Virus record (IMG/VR): IMGVR_UViG_3300022173_000112
Span: 66,916 to 111,835 of that record
Direction: 5' to 3' (one strand)
Length of the DNA stretch: 44,920 bases
From: a virus
Lineage: Duplodnaviria; Heunggongvirae; Uroviricota; Caudoviricetes
The position numbers and the translations under genes are program-made. Positions 43,721 to 44,920 of the stretch are shown piece after piece; the stretch's first letter is position 1, and the number at the start of each line of letters is the position of its first letter. The notes below the pieces were generated by a model that did not search any database, was not told the origin of the DNA, and saw nothing but the letters and a program-made list of their open reading frames with translations.

Positions 43721-44668
43721 TTAGAAAATCCAGGGAACCCAGTCGGCTGGGAATCCTTCGACGAATGGCGAGTAGGCGAACACTTCGTGCTGGTCGCAGA
43801 TGTATTGAAGTTCACCCTTCAATACCCAGAAACCACCACCAGGCGCACCCGACGGGCAGATACCGTGGACATTCCAGCCCCACGAGTTTTGAATCCAGAA
43901 AATTTCGCCAAGATCGGGATGGTCCCAATAGGCGATCACGGCCATCTGGTGATTCCAAGTTGTCACTCGGCGATTCAGAAGCACACCGTTCTTGACGGTG
44001 GGCTTCATACTTCCGCCCCAGTTCGACGCAATGGTAATTGCGTACTTGTTCACCAGAGCATCGCGGCATTGGTCAGTGTTCCGCAGATTCGCGGTACTCT
44101 TCACCAATTGCTTCTTGCCGAGTTCGATGTACTTGGAAGGGGCACCGGCTCGTCCCCAGTCCTTTTCGACGTTGCCCGGTTGATTCAGCGTCTTGCCACC
44201 GTCACCGTAGGTAATCGTGTTGGCAAGAGTCGGGTCGTACTTGATGAACAAGGCACCGAACTTGGTGGCCGCTTCCGCAGCACCCGATCCAGTGGACCCG
44301 TCCGAGTTGCCTCTGATTCCAGCACAAACACGGCTCTGAGCGTATCCATACGGCTCGTAAATCTGTTCGTACTTTTGTGTCGGATCGGCAAGGACAGTGT
44401 TCACCAAGGTGTAAGCCTCGGCACATTCCTTACCTTGTCCAACGCAGGAACCGATTGCTTGGTAATTGGTAGGTTTGTCCTTACCATTTACCTGGCGAAA
44501 GGCGTCCCAGAGGGCAACCTTTTCGACGGCCTTGAATTGTCCGATGATCTTGAAGGCCGGCATCGCGCCCATGATTGCAGCGTGGGCGTTTTTCGTTTCA
44601 GTGGTACGCACACCCGGCTCGATCCAGCCGGACTCAATGTGCTGACCCTCATGAGCTTGTGTGTACAT
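43721..44668 (-). CDS. papain-like (C1) cysteine peptidase
   Basis: Q..IGSCVG (Gln/Cys), WNHQM (His), WIQNSWG (Asn). Confidence 0.9.
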   Translation of the reverse strand: MYTQAHEGQHIESGWIEPGVRTTETKNAHAAIMGAMPAFKIIGQFKAVEKVALWDAFRQVNGKDKPTNYQAIGSCVGQGKECAEAYTLVNTVLADPTQKYEQIYEPYGYAQSRVCAGIRGNSDGSTGSGAAEAATKFGALFIKYDPTLANTITYGDGGKTLNQPGNVEKDWGRAGAPSKYIELGKKQLVKSTANLRNTDQCRDALVNKYAITIASNWGGSMKPTVKNGVLLNRRVTTWNHQMAVIAYWDHPDLGEIFWIQNSWGWNVHGICPSGAPGGGFWVLKGELQYICDQHEVFAYSPFVEGFPADWVPWIF

Positions 44669-44920
44669 TTACTTCACCTGTTTCAGGAGATTCGCAATCC
44701 GTTGCAATTGCGGAACCAGTTGATCCTTGTTCACCGCGATAGCTCCGTCAGCCGGAGTGATTGGGATGCCCGCAAGAGACATCTCATTCTGAATCAATTG
44801 CTGCACCGCGATCAGTTTCTTGGAGCAGCCGAGTGTTTTCGCGACTTCACTGAAGGCCGACCAGACCTGGCCGTACGTCTTCAAGTCTGCTCGTGTTTTC
44901 ACAAACACGCTGCCCTGGCC
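44669..44920 (-). CDS. hypothetical protein, C-terminal part (5' end probably outside the window)
   Basis: The frame stays open to the window edge (GQGS-VFVKT...); its stop abuts the peptidase start. Confidence 0.6.
   Translation of the reverse strand, partial: GQGSVFVKTRADLKTYGQVWSAFSEVAKTLGCSKKLIAVQQLIQNEMSLAGIPITPADGAIAVNKDQLVPQLQRIANLLKQVK

Overview
A 44.9-kb segment of a tailed dsDNA phage genome (siphovirus-like: tape measure and tail tube present, no sheath gene seen). The host is inferred to be Planctomycetota, from a Zn-ribbon-insert SpoVG, an adhesin-like NEVQ domain and secreted Cys-rich/protease genes. Four blocks are visible. (1) 1-3445, minus strand: partial SNF2-like helicase, a ThyX-fold-like protein, a putative ssDNA-binding protein and ParB. 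(2) 3499-3830: a divergent control region built from nested inverted repeats. (3) 3846-13295, plus strand: primase-helicase, Dam, DEDDh exonuclease, dATP/dGTP diphosphohydrolase, then an island of 10 tRNAs interleaved with at least 8 unassigned, self-closing structured RNA candidates and small cargo genes (SpoVG, HAD, trypsin-like protease, permuted NlpC/P60). (4) 13354-44920, minus strand: morphogenesis genes (GpA-type terminase, portal, scaffold, P22-like coat, three paralogous fibers, neck, tail tube, chaperone with probable -1 frameshift, tape measure, Dit-like and hub proteins, paired decoration-like proteins) with 3 more tRNAs embedded. Best leads: the tRNA/ncRNA island, a tRNA-Ile(GAU) with a Leu-type long variable arm, and the nested inverted-repeat region. 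All assignments come from reading motifs by eye; no database searches or folding programs were run.
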